Below, in pieces: positions 1-9,900 of a stretch of 38,857 nt of DNA. Source of the stretch: an uncultured Sphingobacteriales bacterium. Its GTDB lineage: Bacteria > Bacteroidota > Bacteroidia > CAILMK01 > JAAYUY01. The notes beneath the pieces were generated by a model. The model was not told the DNA's origin. It ran no database searches and was given only the letters and a program-made list of their open reading frames with translations. The stretch is taken from the NCBI GenBank assembly GCA_964625265.1, contig CAZVAY010000001.1, forward strand, positions 1 through 38,857, written 5' to 3'. The number at the start of each line of letters is the position of its first letter. Positions within the stretch are counted from its first letter, which is position 1. Position numbers and translations under genes: made by a program.

Positions 1-1
1 G

Positions 2-640
2 CGCAGCAAAGAATTGGGTGTTTTCCTGATAGACACTATGATATTTAACAATGGCTTTCTAATCCCGTTTATAACGGCCGGGTTCGGTCGGGAAGGCCTG
101 GGGAGGCTGTTTATTTTCGACCTTAGCAATGCCATTCTGGTCTATACCTGGATTTATTTCATTGCCTGTAAATACGGGGATAAATCTGCCTCCTGGCAAA
201 CGGCAATTAAAAAAGTTTTGATAGCCCCGCCTCTGTGGGCGCTGGCCGTGGCGTTTTTAATGAATATGGTCCAGGTAACTTTCAAGGGGGTGGCCTATTC
301 CTTTCTTGATATTACGGGCCAGCTAACGATTCCTTTGCTGATGATTGCCCTTGGATTATATTTCAGGCCCATTAATAAGCTATTCAGGTATTCGATAGCA
401 GCCATTCTTATCAGGATGGGGGCAGGCTTTGTCATAGGATTTATTTTAGCCGAGCTGGCCGGTCTTGAAGGACTGAACAAAGCCGTAGTCCTGATTTGCA
501 GTGCAGCCCCTACCGGATACAACACGCTGACCTATGCATCGCTGGAGGGTCTTGATAAAGAACTGGCAGCCAGCGTTGTTTCTTATTCCATCCTTGCAGG
601 AACTATTTTAGCACCCCTGATGATATGGCTATTGAAATGA
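2..640 (+). CDS. AEC (auxin efflux carrier) family permease, C-terminal portion; 5' end lies outside the window
   Basis: The reading frame is open from the window edge (codons RSKE precede the TTG at 14), so the gene is cut by the window. The product is a polytopic hydrophobic protein (e.g. LIAPPLWALAVAFLMN, ICSAAPTGYNTLTYA, ILAGTILAPLMIWLL) of the kind seen in AEC/malate-permease-like transporters. The family call is from recalled features only. Confidence 0.6.
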   Translation, partial: RSKELGVFLIDTMIFNNGFLIPFITAGFGREGLGRLFIFDLSNAILVYTWIYFIACKYGDKSASWQTAIKKVLIAPPLWALAVAFLMNMVQVTFKGVAYSFLDITGQLTIPLLMIALGLYFRPINKLFRYSIAAILIRMGAGFVIGFILAELAGLEGLNKAVVLICSAAPTGYNTLTYASLEGLDKELAASVVSYSILAGTILAPLMIWLLK

Positions 641-1584
641 AATTCCCCGGAAATAAAAGATATAATTCGCTTACTGCATATTTAAAGTCAAAATTTGGAG
701 GGCGATTTCAAAAAGTTACTGTTGATGCAGGATTTACCTGCCCCAACAGGGATGGAAAGCTGGCAATGGGTGGCTGCACCTATTGTGACAACAACGCTTT
801 CAACCCCTCATACAACAATCCAAAGAAAAGTATAGCCAAACAGGTGCAGGAAGGAATCGAATTTCATAAAAACCGATACAAGCGGGCCAATCATTTCCTG
901 GTTTATTTTCAGCCCTATTCCAACACCTATGACCGGGTTGACAAACTGCAAAAAATGTATAAAGAAGCGCTTGAAATACCCGGGGTTGAAGGTATTGTTA
1001 TAGGCACCAGGCCTGACTGCCTGGATGAAGGTGTCCTGGATTTACTGGTTGACCTGAACAGGAATAAATTCGTATTGCTTGAACTGGGGGTGGAAAGCAC
1101 TTTTGATATAACACTGGATAAAATCAACAGGAAGCATCATTACCGGCAGGCAGAAGAAGCAATATTAAACGCAGCTTCAGCCGGCCTGCATACCGGTGTT
1201 CACATGATCTTTGGTTTGCCCGGAGAAAACATGGATATGATGATGGAATCTGTCTCTCGGATTTCGGAACTGCCTGTAAACAGTGTCAAATTTCACCAGC
1301 TACAGATCATCAAAGGAACGGCCATGGCCAAAGATTACCGACAAAACCCGGGTAATTTCAACCTGTTTTCCTATGAGCAATATCTGGGTTTCATTTGTGA
1401 TGTGGTGGAGATTCTCAATCCTCGTATTATGATTGACCGGTTGGCAGGAGAAGTGCCCCCACGCTTTCTTGAAGTACAAAGCTGGACCGGGTTAAGATAC
1501 GACCAGGTATTAAACAGGATTGAAAAAGAACTGGACATCAGGAACACCTACCAGGGTAAGAAATATAATAAACGTGAAAGTTGA
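625..1584 (+). CDS. TIGR01212 (YhcC-like) radical SAM protein
   Basis: 319 aa. An N-terminal cysteine cluster FTCPNRDGKLAMGGCTYCDN is followed by IVIGTRPDC, LELGVES and MIFGLPGE segments typical of this radical SAM subfamily. The start overlaps the permease stop by 16 nt. Confidence 0.85.
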   Translation: MAIEMKFPGNKRYNSLTAYLKSKFGGRFQKVTVDAGFTCPNRDGKLAMGGCTYCDNNAFNPSYNNPKKSIAKQVQEGIEFHKNRYKRANHFLVYFQPYSNTYDRVDKLQKMYKEALEIPGVEGIVIGTRPDCLDEGVLDLLVDLNRNKFVLLELGVESTFDITLDKINRKHHYRQAEEAILNAASAGLHTGVHMIFGLPGENMDMMMESVSRISELPVNSVKFHQLQIIKGTAMAKDYRQNPGNFNLFSYEQYLGFICDVVEILNPRIMIDRLAGEVPPRFLEVQSWTGLRYDQVLNRIEKELDIRNTYQGKKYNKRES

Positions 1585-2053
1585 ACATGCATATCTTGAA
1601 ACGCCAATAGGATGGCTTGAAATATCCGGGAATGAATTGGGTATCTCTCAAATAAAATTTATTAATGCCGGAGGTAATCCTGACTATCAATCAGAGACAC
1701 TGTGTAAATGTTTGGAACAACTGGAGGAGTATTTTAATGGGAAAAGGAGAGAATTTACTATAAAAATGAACCCGTCCGGTACAGATTTTCAACGTAAAGT
1801 CTGGAACGAGACCTGCAAAATTCCTTTTGGACAAACAGCATCTTATGGTGAAATTGCAAAGAGATTGGGCGACACGGGTCACGCCAGGGCAGTGGGGCAG
1901 GCCAACGGGAAAAATCAAATCCCTATAGTTATTCCCTGCCATAGAGTTATTGGTATCAATGGCAAACTAACCGGATATGCCGGTGGTTTGGAAAAGAAAA
2001 AGTGGCTGTTAAGGCACGAAGCAGGTCATTCACCCGGCCTTCTGTTTGAATAA
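1574..2053 (+). CDS. ogt: methylated-DNA--protein-cysteine methyltransferase (O6-alkylguanine repair)
   Basis: The active-site IPCHRVIG, the preceding GQANGKNQIPIVIP and the N-terminal LETPIGWLEI form the MGMT/Ogt signature. The start is placed at the in-frame GTG 1574 (159 aa, usual size, 11-nt overlap with the upstream gene). The ORF-track start at 1520 would add 18 aa lying inside the radical SAM gene. The start codon is uncertain. Confidence 0.88.
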   Translation: MKVEHAYLETPIGWLEISGNELGISQIKFINAGGNPDYQSETLCKCLEQLEEYFNGKRREFTIKMNPSGTDFQRKVWNETCKIPFGQTASYGEIAKRLGDTGHARAVGQANGKNQIPIVIPCHRVIGINGKLTGYAGGLEKKKWLLRHEAGHSPGLLFE

Positions 2054-2082
2054 TTCATTTAACTTTGTACCAATATTGACCC

Positions 2083-2325
2083 ATGGGAATATTCAGAATA
2101 TTTTTCATTGCCATTTTGATCTACTTGGTCTACAGGTTGATCAGAATACTTTTTTTACCCTTTTTCTTTAAGAATAATCCTTTTGGGGACAACAGCCAGG
2201 TCAACCAGGAGGAGTACAGTAAGAAAAAGGAGGGAGAGACAACAATCAAACATATTCCTAGCCAGAAAGGGAATCCGGGTTCTGGCAACAAGGATGAATA
2301 CGTTGATTACGAAGAAGTTGACTAA
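2083..2325 (+). CDS. DUF4834-type small membrane protein
   Basis: 80 aa, with one N-terminal TM helix (IFRIFFIAILIYLVYRLIRILFL), a polar low-complexity linker and an acidic C-terminus DEYVDYEEVD. This is the pattern recalled for Bacteroidota DUF4834 proteins. Confidence 0.65.
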   Translation: MGIFRIFFIAILIYLVYRLIRILFLPFFFKNNPFGDNSQVNQEEYSKKKEGETTIKHIPSQKGNPGSGNKDEYVDYEEVD

Positions 2326-2345
2326 TGACCTGATATTAACCCTGT

Positions 2346-4703
2346 TTATTTTGTGACAAACACTCTTTTCACCGTCCTGAAATCATCTGAATAAACTTCC
2401 AGGAAATATACACCATTCGAAATTTCTTTAGGTACATGGATGGTAACAACATTGCTACCACGGGTAGAATAATAGGTTTTGGATAAAACAATCTTACCAT
2501 CAGGGCCGGTTAGGGTTATTGTAACGGGTTGAATATTGGTTGATGAAAAACCAATGTTCAGGATACCGGATGCCGGGTTGGGCCACAAGGATACAACCGG
2601 TACCTGCCTGGTGTCTTTCGCGGAAAGTGTAGTCGAGCCACCCTCGGTAAGGCGGTAAATATGATCCACCTGCAGATTGGTAAATGTTTCTTTTTTCTGC
2701 GGGGATGTAGGCCACAAGACAACAACCGAATCAACGATGGGTGTATACCCAAGTCCGAAATGCAACCTGTAAGGCTTTTGCATTTTCTGGCCGCGTCCTG
2801 CACAAACTTCCTGCATATACATTTTGCCATTGGCATATACATAAGCTCGTCCACCGATTGCGTAGGCATTGACTGAGGAGCTTCTCAGTTCAATTTCAAT
2901 CCAGCGTTTGTCGTTCCAGACATCATTTTTAAACAACCTGAATTTACCGCCAATGGCTCCGGCCAGATCAAGGCGGCCGTCATTATCGTAATCGAGCCAA
3001 ACGAGGTCGGTGCCTGTATTGATTCCCTCAAGCCCATACTCAAAAGTTTTCAGTTGAAAAGAGTGGTCGGTTTGCTGTTCATAGAAGTCGATATAACGGC
3101 AACCGTAAAAAACGGTTAAAAGGATATCTGCCAGGCCATCATTGTTCACATCTCCCCAGGCACCCCCGGCATGGGTTTCTTCAAGCTCCAGCCCAATGGG
3201 TGAAATCAATCCTTTATTGTTGTTGTACTGCCCTGTCATATCGGTAAAAGTAAAACCAGGAGCCCCTTCGTTGTGATAAATAGCTGTTCCCCTATGGTCG
3301 TAGGGCTCAATAAAGCGGGGATGGGCGAATTGCGGCAGCAACAGGTCAAGGTTGCCGTCATTGTCGTAATCAAACCAGTCTACACCGGTTCCGTGGTTGG
3401 CCCCGGTAGTGTTAATGTCAATGCCTTTGGCGACACAGATATCGGTAAATGTTCCATCTCCATTGTTTTGATAAAACTCATCCTGTTGCAGGAAATAATT
3501 GGTCACATAAAGGTCAGGGTCACCATCATTATCAAAATCGACCCATTGGCTGCCCCTGCTGTTGCGGTTTTTCTCAATAATAAAATTGGCAGGGTCCCAT
3601 TGCAGGTCAGGGTAGTTCCAGGTGCCATCCCACTTGGGGTAAATAGTTTGCGTAGACTCGATAAAACCAAGATTCTGGTCATTAATAAAGAAATGGTTTG
3701 CCTCGGCTTCAGGATAGGTTTTCCATAACTGGCTGACAAAAAGGTCAGGATAATTATCCTTATTGATATCGGCAAAACTGAAGGATAAAAAAGCAGGGAA
3801 TTTTGGTAAATTCAGGCCCTGCGCAGTAAAAGAGTTCTGGTCGTTGATGAACAGCACACAAGAATCCGCCCCAAAAAGGATGATGTCGAGATCAGCGTCA
3901 TTGTCCATATCAACAAAAACATTGGCAACCGTTGAAGGCGTGAAAGATGAAAGTCCTTTATCAGTCGTCACATCCTTGAAAGTTCCATTTTTTTGGTTTT
4001 CATAAAGGTTTCCCTTGAGAATAAGGTCTATCCATCCGTCATCGTTGTAATCTGCAGCAGCAATAGTAGAATTGGAAATATTTTCGTCAATTGAAGCCCT
4101 GGTAGTAAAGTCGGAAAAAATGTTACGTGATTCCGGCAGGGGATAATCTACAAGTACATCTATCGCAAAAGCACGATTCTGATTGCTGGCGAGGTACCAG
4201 GTATTATCGGAGCCGTTCATAACATACTGGTAATAATAAGTGCCACCCGAACCGGACTGGCAGGAAACCGGATGGTCTGTTTTATCGGATATCACCCGTG
4301 CATCGTTAAAATTTTCAAACAAAAGAAAAAACTGGTTGTTGTTAAAGGACACATAAGGGCTGTCAAATTCTGCAACAATTTTTTCTGTTCCATCCTTGGT
4401 TTTGGTCAGGGTGACAGGGTTGGTTACATCATTGAATAGCGAAGCCAGCATTTCACCTGCGGAATGGCCGAAGACTCGCATGGTTAGCGTCCCTCCCTTT
4501 TTTCCTCCCAGGGTCACAACAATAGATTTTATGATCACCGGTTTTTCGAGGTCAAAACGAGCCATTTGTTTGACATAGGTATTGGTATTATAGTAAGTAG
4601 AGGTTGTTGTTGATTCATTGTAAACCCGGATCGTATCTGTTTGAGAAAAGGCATAAAGAGCCATTCCCTGAACCAGGGTAATGATTAGAAACCATTTTTT
4701 CAT
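2346..4703 (-). CDS. secreted FG-GAP/VCBS-repeat (CRTAC1 / ASPIC-UnbV-like) protein with T9SS C-terminal sorting domain
   Basis: 785 aa with signal peptide MKKWFLIITLVQGMALYAFS. Seven Ca-binding-type repeats are present (DYNDDGWIDL, DMDNDADLDI, DINKDNYPDL, DFDNDGDPDL, DYDNDGNLDL, DVNNDGLADI, DYDNDGRLDL). There is an ASPIC/UnbV-like block (RWIEIELRS..AIGGRAYVY). The last ~85 aa (LWPNPASGILNI...GVYFLEVYSDDFRTVKRVFVTK) resemble a T9SS type A CTD. Confidence 0.7.
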   Translation of the reverse strand: MKKWFLIITLVQGMALYAFSQTDTIRVYNESTTTSTYYNTNTYVKQMARFDLEKPVIIKSIVVTLGGKKGGTLTMRVFGHSAGEMLASLFNDVTNPVTLTKTKDGTEKIVAEFDSPYVSFNNNQFFLLFENFNDARVISDKTDHPVSCQSGSGGTYYYQYVMNGSDNTWYLASNQNRAFAIDVLVDYPLPESRNIFSDFTTRASIDENISNSTIAAADYNDDGWIDLILKGNLYENQKNGTFKDVTTDKGLSSFTPSTVANVFVDMDNDADLDIILFGADSCVLFINDQNSFTAQGLNLPKFPAFLSFSFADINKDNYPDLFVSQLWKTYPEAEANHFFINDQNLGFIESTQTIYPKWDGTWNYPDLQWDPANFIIEKNRNSRGSQWVDFDNDGDPDLYVTNYFLQQDEFYQNNGDGTFTDICVAKGIDINTTGANHGTGVDWFDYDNDGNLDLLLPQFAHPRFIEPYDHRGTAIYHNEGAPGFTFTDMTGQYNNNKGLISPIGLELEETHAGGAWGDVNNDGLADILLTVFYGCRYIDFYEQQTDHSFQLKTFEYGLEGINTGTDLVWLDYDNDGRLDLAGAIGGKFRLFKNDVWNDKRWIEIELRSSSVNAYAIGGRAYVYANGKMYMQEVCAGRGQKMQKPYRLHFGLGYTPIVDSVVVLWPTSPQKKETFTNLQVDHIYRLTEGGSTTLSAKDTRQVPVVSLWPNPASGILNIGFSSTNIQPVTITLTGPDGKIVLSKTYYSTRGSNVVTIHVPKEISNGVYFLEVYSDDFRTVKRVFVTK

Positions 4704-4733
4704 AAGGGTAATTTTAATGAAACAAAAGAATTA

Positions 4734-5738
4734 TCAGGCTTCTTTACCAAATAATTTATCCAGTACTTTTGTTGATATTTCTTCCAGTAACTCGGGGTTG
4801 TCGCGCATGAGCTCAACCACGCTGTCCCGGCCCTGACCCAATTTAGTGTCACCATAGCTGTACCAGGAACCGCTTTTCTTCACAATATCAAAATCAGCTG
4901 CAAGGTCAACTACTTCACCTTCCTTACTAATGCCCTTGCCGTAAATGATATCAAATTCTGCCGTTCGGAATGGCGGGGCAACTTTGTTTTTGGCTACCTT
5001 AACACGGGTGCGGTTGCCAACCATATCCGTACCGGATTTTAAAGTGGCAATTCTCCTGATATCCAATCTGACTGAAGAATAAAATTTCAAAGCATTTCCA
5101 CCTGTTGTTGTTTCGGGGTTACCATAAACAATTCCGATTTTATCCCTTAGTTGGTTGATGAAAATACAGATGCACTTGGTTTTACTGATGGATGCCGTGA
5201 GTTTACGTAGTGCCTGTGACATCAGCCTGGCCTGTAGTCCCATTTTGGAATCACCCATGTCGCCTTCCAGTTCGGCTTTGGGAACCAGGGCCGCAACGGA
5301 GTCGATAACGATCACATCAATAGCCCCTGAGCGGATCAGGTTGTCGGTAATATCCAGGGCTTGTTCGCCATTGTCGGGTTGCGAAATCAGCAAATTATCA
5401 ACATCTATCCCAAGGTTTTCAGCATATTTTTTATCAAATGCATGTTCGGCATCAATAAATGCAGCCATACCGCCTTTTTTCTGGCTTTCGGCAATCACAT
5501 GCAAGGCCAGCGTTGTTTTCCCGGATGATTCAGGCCCGTAAATTTCTACCACCCGGCCACGGGGAACTCCTCCGCCACCCAGGGCGATATCAAGCCCCAG
5601 GCTTCCGGTTGAAATGGTTTCAATATCTGTAAGATAATCATCACTCATTTTCATGACAATGCCCTTGCCGTATTGCTTTTCCAGGTTGGCTATTGTCAGG
5701 TTTAATACTTTTTCTTTTTCTGAATTCTCTTTTGCCAT
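4734..5738 (-). CDS. recA: recombinase RecA
   Basis: 334 aa, full-length and collinear with RecA. It carries Walker [34 protein letters not shown] and the loop region [15 protein letters not shown]. Confidence 0.98.
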   Translation of the reverse strand: MAKENSEKEKVLNLTIANLEKQYGKGIVMKMSDDYLTDIETISTGSLGLDIALGGGGVPRGRVVEIYGPESSGKTTLALHVIAESQKKGGMAAFIDAEHAFDKKYAENLGIDVDNLLISQPDNGEQALDITDNLIRSGAIDVIVIDSVAALVPKAELEGDMGDSKMGLQARLMSQALRKLTASISKTKCICIFINQLRDKIGIVYGNPETTTGGNALKFYSSVRLDIRRIATLKSGTDMVGNRTRVKVAKNKVAPPFRTAEFDIIYGKGISKEGEVVDLAADFDIVKKSGSWYSYGDTKLGQGRDSVVELMRDNPELLEEISTKVLDKLFGKEA

Positions 5739-5778
5739 AGGCTGTGTTTTAATTCATTTTAAAATAAACATTGCTTAA

Positions 5779-5786
5779 CAAAAATA
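5779..5786 (-). promoter_or_regulatory. putative Bacteroidota sigma-A -7 box (TATTTTTG) upstream of recA
   Basis: Minus-strand TATTTTTG fits the TAnnTTTG consensus and lies 41 nt upstream of the recA ATG. This is a motif match only. Confidence 0.3.
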
Positions 5787-5830
5787 AGCTAATAATCGGA
5801 AACAGGGTACAAGTCTGTCCAATTGTCTGC

Positions 5831-6940
5831 TTATTGGACTAAAACTTTTTGTACAACCGGTTTTGAACCCGTATACAGGACTATCAGAAACGCCTCATTT
5901 TTATAGGCCGGCTGCCATTGTAGAAGATGTTGTCCCGGATGAAACCATTTATTCACCAATACTTCTATTTTTTTCCCGGAATAATTAATGACTTCAATCC
6001 TAACCTGTGAAGCATAGGGAAGGCTGAACAGGATTTCGGCAGAATCAGAAACAATCGTTGGACGAATTTCCAGGGTGGGAATTAAGACACCCTGTAATTC
6101 ATGGATAAAAGTGTTATTAATATCCGGTTTGCCGGCATCTACCCAGGCAGTATAGATCAATTCAGCAATTGAATGGGATGCTGATTTGAACAAACCGATA
6201 GTCATATTTTTTGTTTTTTCCCAAAGCGATGAATAGTATTTATCGAGGTATTGATTGCCCGAATTATTGTAGGCGTAATTATCTGCGTCAAGCAGGGAGT
6301 CAATTTTCAGGTAGTTCCTGTAAAGGTAATCGAATATAAAAGCTTGTACATCGTCAATATGTTGAACCGGATAACCACCGTATTTTATTTCACCAATAAA
6401 CTGATTGACCATGACCGATTCATATCTTCCGTGAATCCCAGTATTTCCACTATACTGGCCATTGTAGTTCCGGGTAATATGCAAAGGCATGTGCCCGTCA
6501 GCCACATAATGCCCAAGGTCGGAAGCAAAGAGGAGGGCTTGCCGAAAGTCCTTTCGCTGAAAGCAGTTGCGAAGCGAATCAAAAGTAATTTTTGTGGTCC
6601 AGGGTAAAATTCCCTGATCATCAACAAAACTCTGTCCGTGGATTTTTACTACCGAATCAAGAGTGAGAGCTATGCGGCCGCTGGCATTGAATTCAGGATA
6701 GTTGTCGATGTCGATATAATGCTTGTGGCCCTCGTCAGGGTCTTTGGATTTTCTGTAATCGGGGTCAGAAGCATGTGCAGCAAGGCTGTCGGACCAGAAA
6801 AGAAACTGTGACATTTCAGCGCCAAAGGACAGGCTTGCTTTTTTACTGATGTTATAATGACCCGTACCTCCCCAGGAGGTTAGCAGGATCAGAAAGAGGG
6901 GCAAAACAAAAACCTTAAGGGAGGGGAATTTCATGGTCAT
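5831..6940 (-). CDS. secreted S1/P1 nuclease / zinc phospholipase C superfamily protein with T9SS-type C-terminal domain
   Basis: After a signal peptide, the mature end WGGTGH is followed by HASDPDY, HKHYIDIDNYPE, DLGHYVADGHMPLHITRNYNG and GIHGRYES. These are the His/Asp zinc-ligand blocks recalled for S1/P1 nucleases. The last ~80 aa (LEIRPTIVSDSAEILFSLPYASQVRIEVINYSGKKI...VVQKVLVQ) look like a T9SS CTD. The start is set at ATG 6940 (MTMKFPSLKVF...); the ORF-track start 6955 is a TTG, and ATG 6934 is also possible. Confidence 0.6.
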   Translation of the reverse strand: MTMKFPSLKVFVLPLFLILLTSWGGTGHYNISKKASLSFGAEMSQFLFWSDSLAAHASDPDYRKSKDPDEGHKHYIDIDNYPEFNASGRIALTLDSVVKIHGQSFVDDQGILPWTTKITFDSLRNCFQRKDFRQALLFASDLGHYVADGHMPLHITRNYNGQYSGNTGIHGRYESVMVNQFIGEIKYGGYPVQHIDDVQAFIFDYLYRNYLKIDSLLDADNYAYNNSGNQYLDKYYSSLWEKTKNMTIGLFKSASHSIAELIYTAWVDAGKPDINNTFIHELQGVLIPTLEIRPTIVSDSAEILFSLPYASQVRIEVINYSGKKIEVLVNKWFHPGQHLLQWQPAYKNEAFLIVLYTGSKPVVQKVLVQ

Positions 6941-6981
6941 AAAATTATCCACCAAAAGTAACTAAATTATGCTGGTCTGTT

Positions 6982-9900
6982 TTATTTTGCAGGCAGGGAA
7001 AAATAAAAGCAGGCACCCTTATCCGGATACCCTTCAGCCCAAAGTTGTCCACCATGCCTGTCAATGATCTTTTGGGCTATAGCCAGCCCTATTCCCGTAC
7101 CTTCATAATCCTTTGTATTGGGGAGGCGATGGAAAACACCCATGATTTTGTCAGCATACTCCTGCTCGAAACCAATACCGTTGTCTTTGATGAAATAAGT
7201 AACAACACCTGGCGACTTCTCCTCCGAACCAATAGTGATTTTTATCACTTTTCTTTTACCACTGTATTTCAGGGCATTTGAAACAAGGTTATCCCACACC
7301 GACCGGATTAAACGTTCGTCACACTGAACTTTAGGCAGGCTACCTATTTTGATATCCACTTTTTTGCCTTCCATGTCCATTTCATTGTCCTGGAGAACAT
7401 GTTCAATCAGCCGGTTCATGTTTACATGTTTTTTGGTCATTTCCTGCCTGCCCACCCTTGAAAGGGCCAGGATATCGTCAATTAGCTTAGCCATCCTGTT
7501 GGATGCTGAAATAACAGTAGAAAAATACCTCAATTGTTCCTTGTCAAGATTATCGCCAAGGGAGTCCCTTAGCATGGCCGAATAGGCATTAATATGCCTG
7601 AGCGGGGCACGGAGGTCGTGAGAAACGGAATAGGCAAACGATTCAAGGTCTTTGTTTGCAGAAACTAACTCAGCCGTCCTTGCCTGAACCATTTCTTCCA
7701 GGTGTTTCCGGTGCATATCGAGTTCATTCCTGAGTTTTTTTTCTTCGGTGATATCTGTTGAAAAAAGAATCAGGTTTTCGACTTTTTTGTTGCGATAAAG
7801 AGGGCCGGCATGATTACTGAAATAACGGGTTCCATTCTTATCGGTATACGTGTTTTCAAAATAAACCGGTTTCTTTGTGGTGAAGACCTGTCTTAGGATT
7901 TTTTCAAACCGGGGTTTTTCATTATCAGCGTAAAAATTTAAAACACTTTGCCCCAAAAACATATCTTTGGTATATCCGGGGTTGGTTTTGTTAATAAAAA
8001 TAATTTTAAGGTCCTTATCTATTAAGGAGATATTTCCGGGGGCATTTTCTCCGAGTGAGCGCCATTTTTCCTCACTCCTTTGAAGTTCCTTTAATGACCC
8101 CATTCTTTCCATTTCCGAAGTTACCCGGTAAGCATATATTATTAGGATTTTTTCTATAAATCCTGCCTCTTCTAAATTTTTGCAGAACAGGGCCACCAGC
8201 AGGCCTATCCGTCTGTTTTCAGAATTTACCAGGGGTATGCCAATATAAGACTTTACCCCCATTTGGGTTAATAAATCGTCTTTAGGAAACATTTTGTCAA
8301 CATCCTGCAAATAAGAACAAGCACCGATACCGATTACGTTTTCGCAAGGGGTTCCGCTAAGGGAGTAGGTGAAATTAGGAAGCAGCTTATCATGATTACA
8401 AACAGCAACTGTTTCCACACTGTGTTCAGATTCTTTGTGTTGCCCTGCAAAAACGTAATCTGCCCTGAGGGTCTCACACAGACCGAGAACACTTTTTTCA
8501 ATAAAATCGACACCAAATGATGCATAAGTGCTTTCTTCCATTTTGTCAATGGCTAATTGCGTGGTTTTTCGCTCGGTAATGTCACGCCAAACCGTGTAGA
8601 TTTGTTTTGTGGAGGGTATATAGGTAAGCGCCACATCAATCCACATTTCTTCGCCCCCGGCATGAGTATGGACCCATTCAAAACGATGCGAGCCATGTTT
8701 AATAGCTGTATCCATCATTCGGATGGCTTTCCTTTTGGAAGAGGGATCATCAGGCTGCCCCGGAGGAGAAAGCTCCCATGGGTGTTTCCCTTCAATATCG
8801 GCCTTGCTTTTGTATCCAAGGAATTTTACTGTGGTTTCATTGCACAAGACAAAAGTATAATCTTCAATGATCAAGGTTGGGTCAGTAGAGTTTTCAAAAA
8901 GTGCACGGTACCTGGCTTCACTGTCACGTATTGCTTTCTCGGCCTTAAGGCGGTTGGTTATATCCCGGATAAAAATATGAATAACTTTTTCCCCGTTGAG
9001 GATACCAAAACCAGCGGGTATCAATTCTCCAAAAAGTATTTTGCCCTCTTTGGTCTTCCACCTGAAATTTGGAAATACTTTAAGGCCTGTGACAATTTCT
9101 TTAAAGGCTTTCCGGTATGCAGGCCTGTCTGCTGGAATGATACCCGGATTATTAAAGAAAGACTGCCCGATAATTTCGCTGGATGAAAAACCTGATTTAT
9201 TTAGGAAAGCCGGATTGACATCAATAATTTCGCCCCTCATTGATGTTGTTACAATGCTGTCTGGTGAACTTTCCACAATTTCCCTGAAATTTTGCTCGCT
9301 TACAATCAATTTGCGTTCAGCTTCTCTTTGTTCAGTGATATCGTGCATGATCACAAGTACAGCCGGCTCCCCTTCAAACTGTATCAGGCTGGAACTGATT
9401 TCAACATCATAGATACGGCCTGTTAATGATTGGGCTTTTGATTCGTATTTCAGATATTTTTTCCGGTTTTTTATACGATTGCGATAAATTTCAGCTACAT
9501 TTTTCTTTTCTTCAGGAGCAACAAAATCAAGAAAACTTCTCCCGATAATTTGAGCTTCTGTTGCCTGGTTGGCTTTGAGGATAGCCTTATTAACAAAAAT
9601 CACAATGCCGTTTTTAATGATAAAGATCATCTCTTTGGCATTTTGTACAACTGTCCGGTATTTGGATTCACTTTCTGCCAGCTCCAGCTCAATGTTTTTT
9701 CTTTCGGTAATGTCCTGATCAGTCCCGATCAATAACAAGGGGTTGTTATTGTTGTCAAAATCAACAGTGCCTTCGGAGTGGATATACCTCGTTTCTCCTG
9801 TTTTTTCATGGATTACCCTGTAATCACAGGAGTAAGGTTTTCCCCTTAAAGCATCCTCCACCTTTTTCTTCAATATCGCCCTGTCTTCTTCGTGGACATG

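Noticed and set aside
1520-1573. N-terminal 18-aa extension of the Ogt ORF (track start 1520)
   Set aside because: It would overlap the radical SAM gene by 65 nt and add residues not found in MGMT proteins. The GTG at 1574 gives a standard-length product.
5155-5541. 128-aa plus-strand ORF inside recA
   Set aside because: It lies entirely antisense to an unmistakable full-length recA. The translation is Ser/Ala/Ile-rich and uninformative, so it is a typical shadow ORF.
8557-9412. 209-aa and 138-aa plus-strand ORFs inside the histidine kinase gene
   Set aside because: They are long only because the PAS region lacks antisense stops. They show no motifs and lie wholly within a well-supported CDS.
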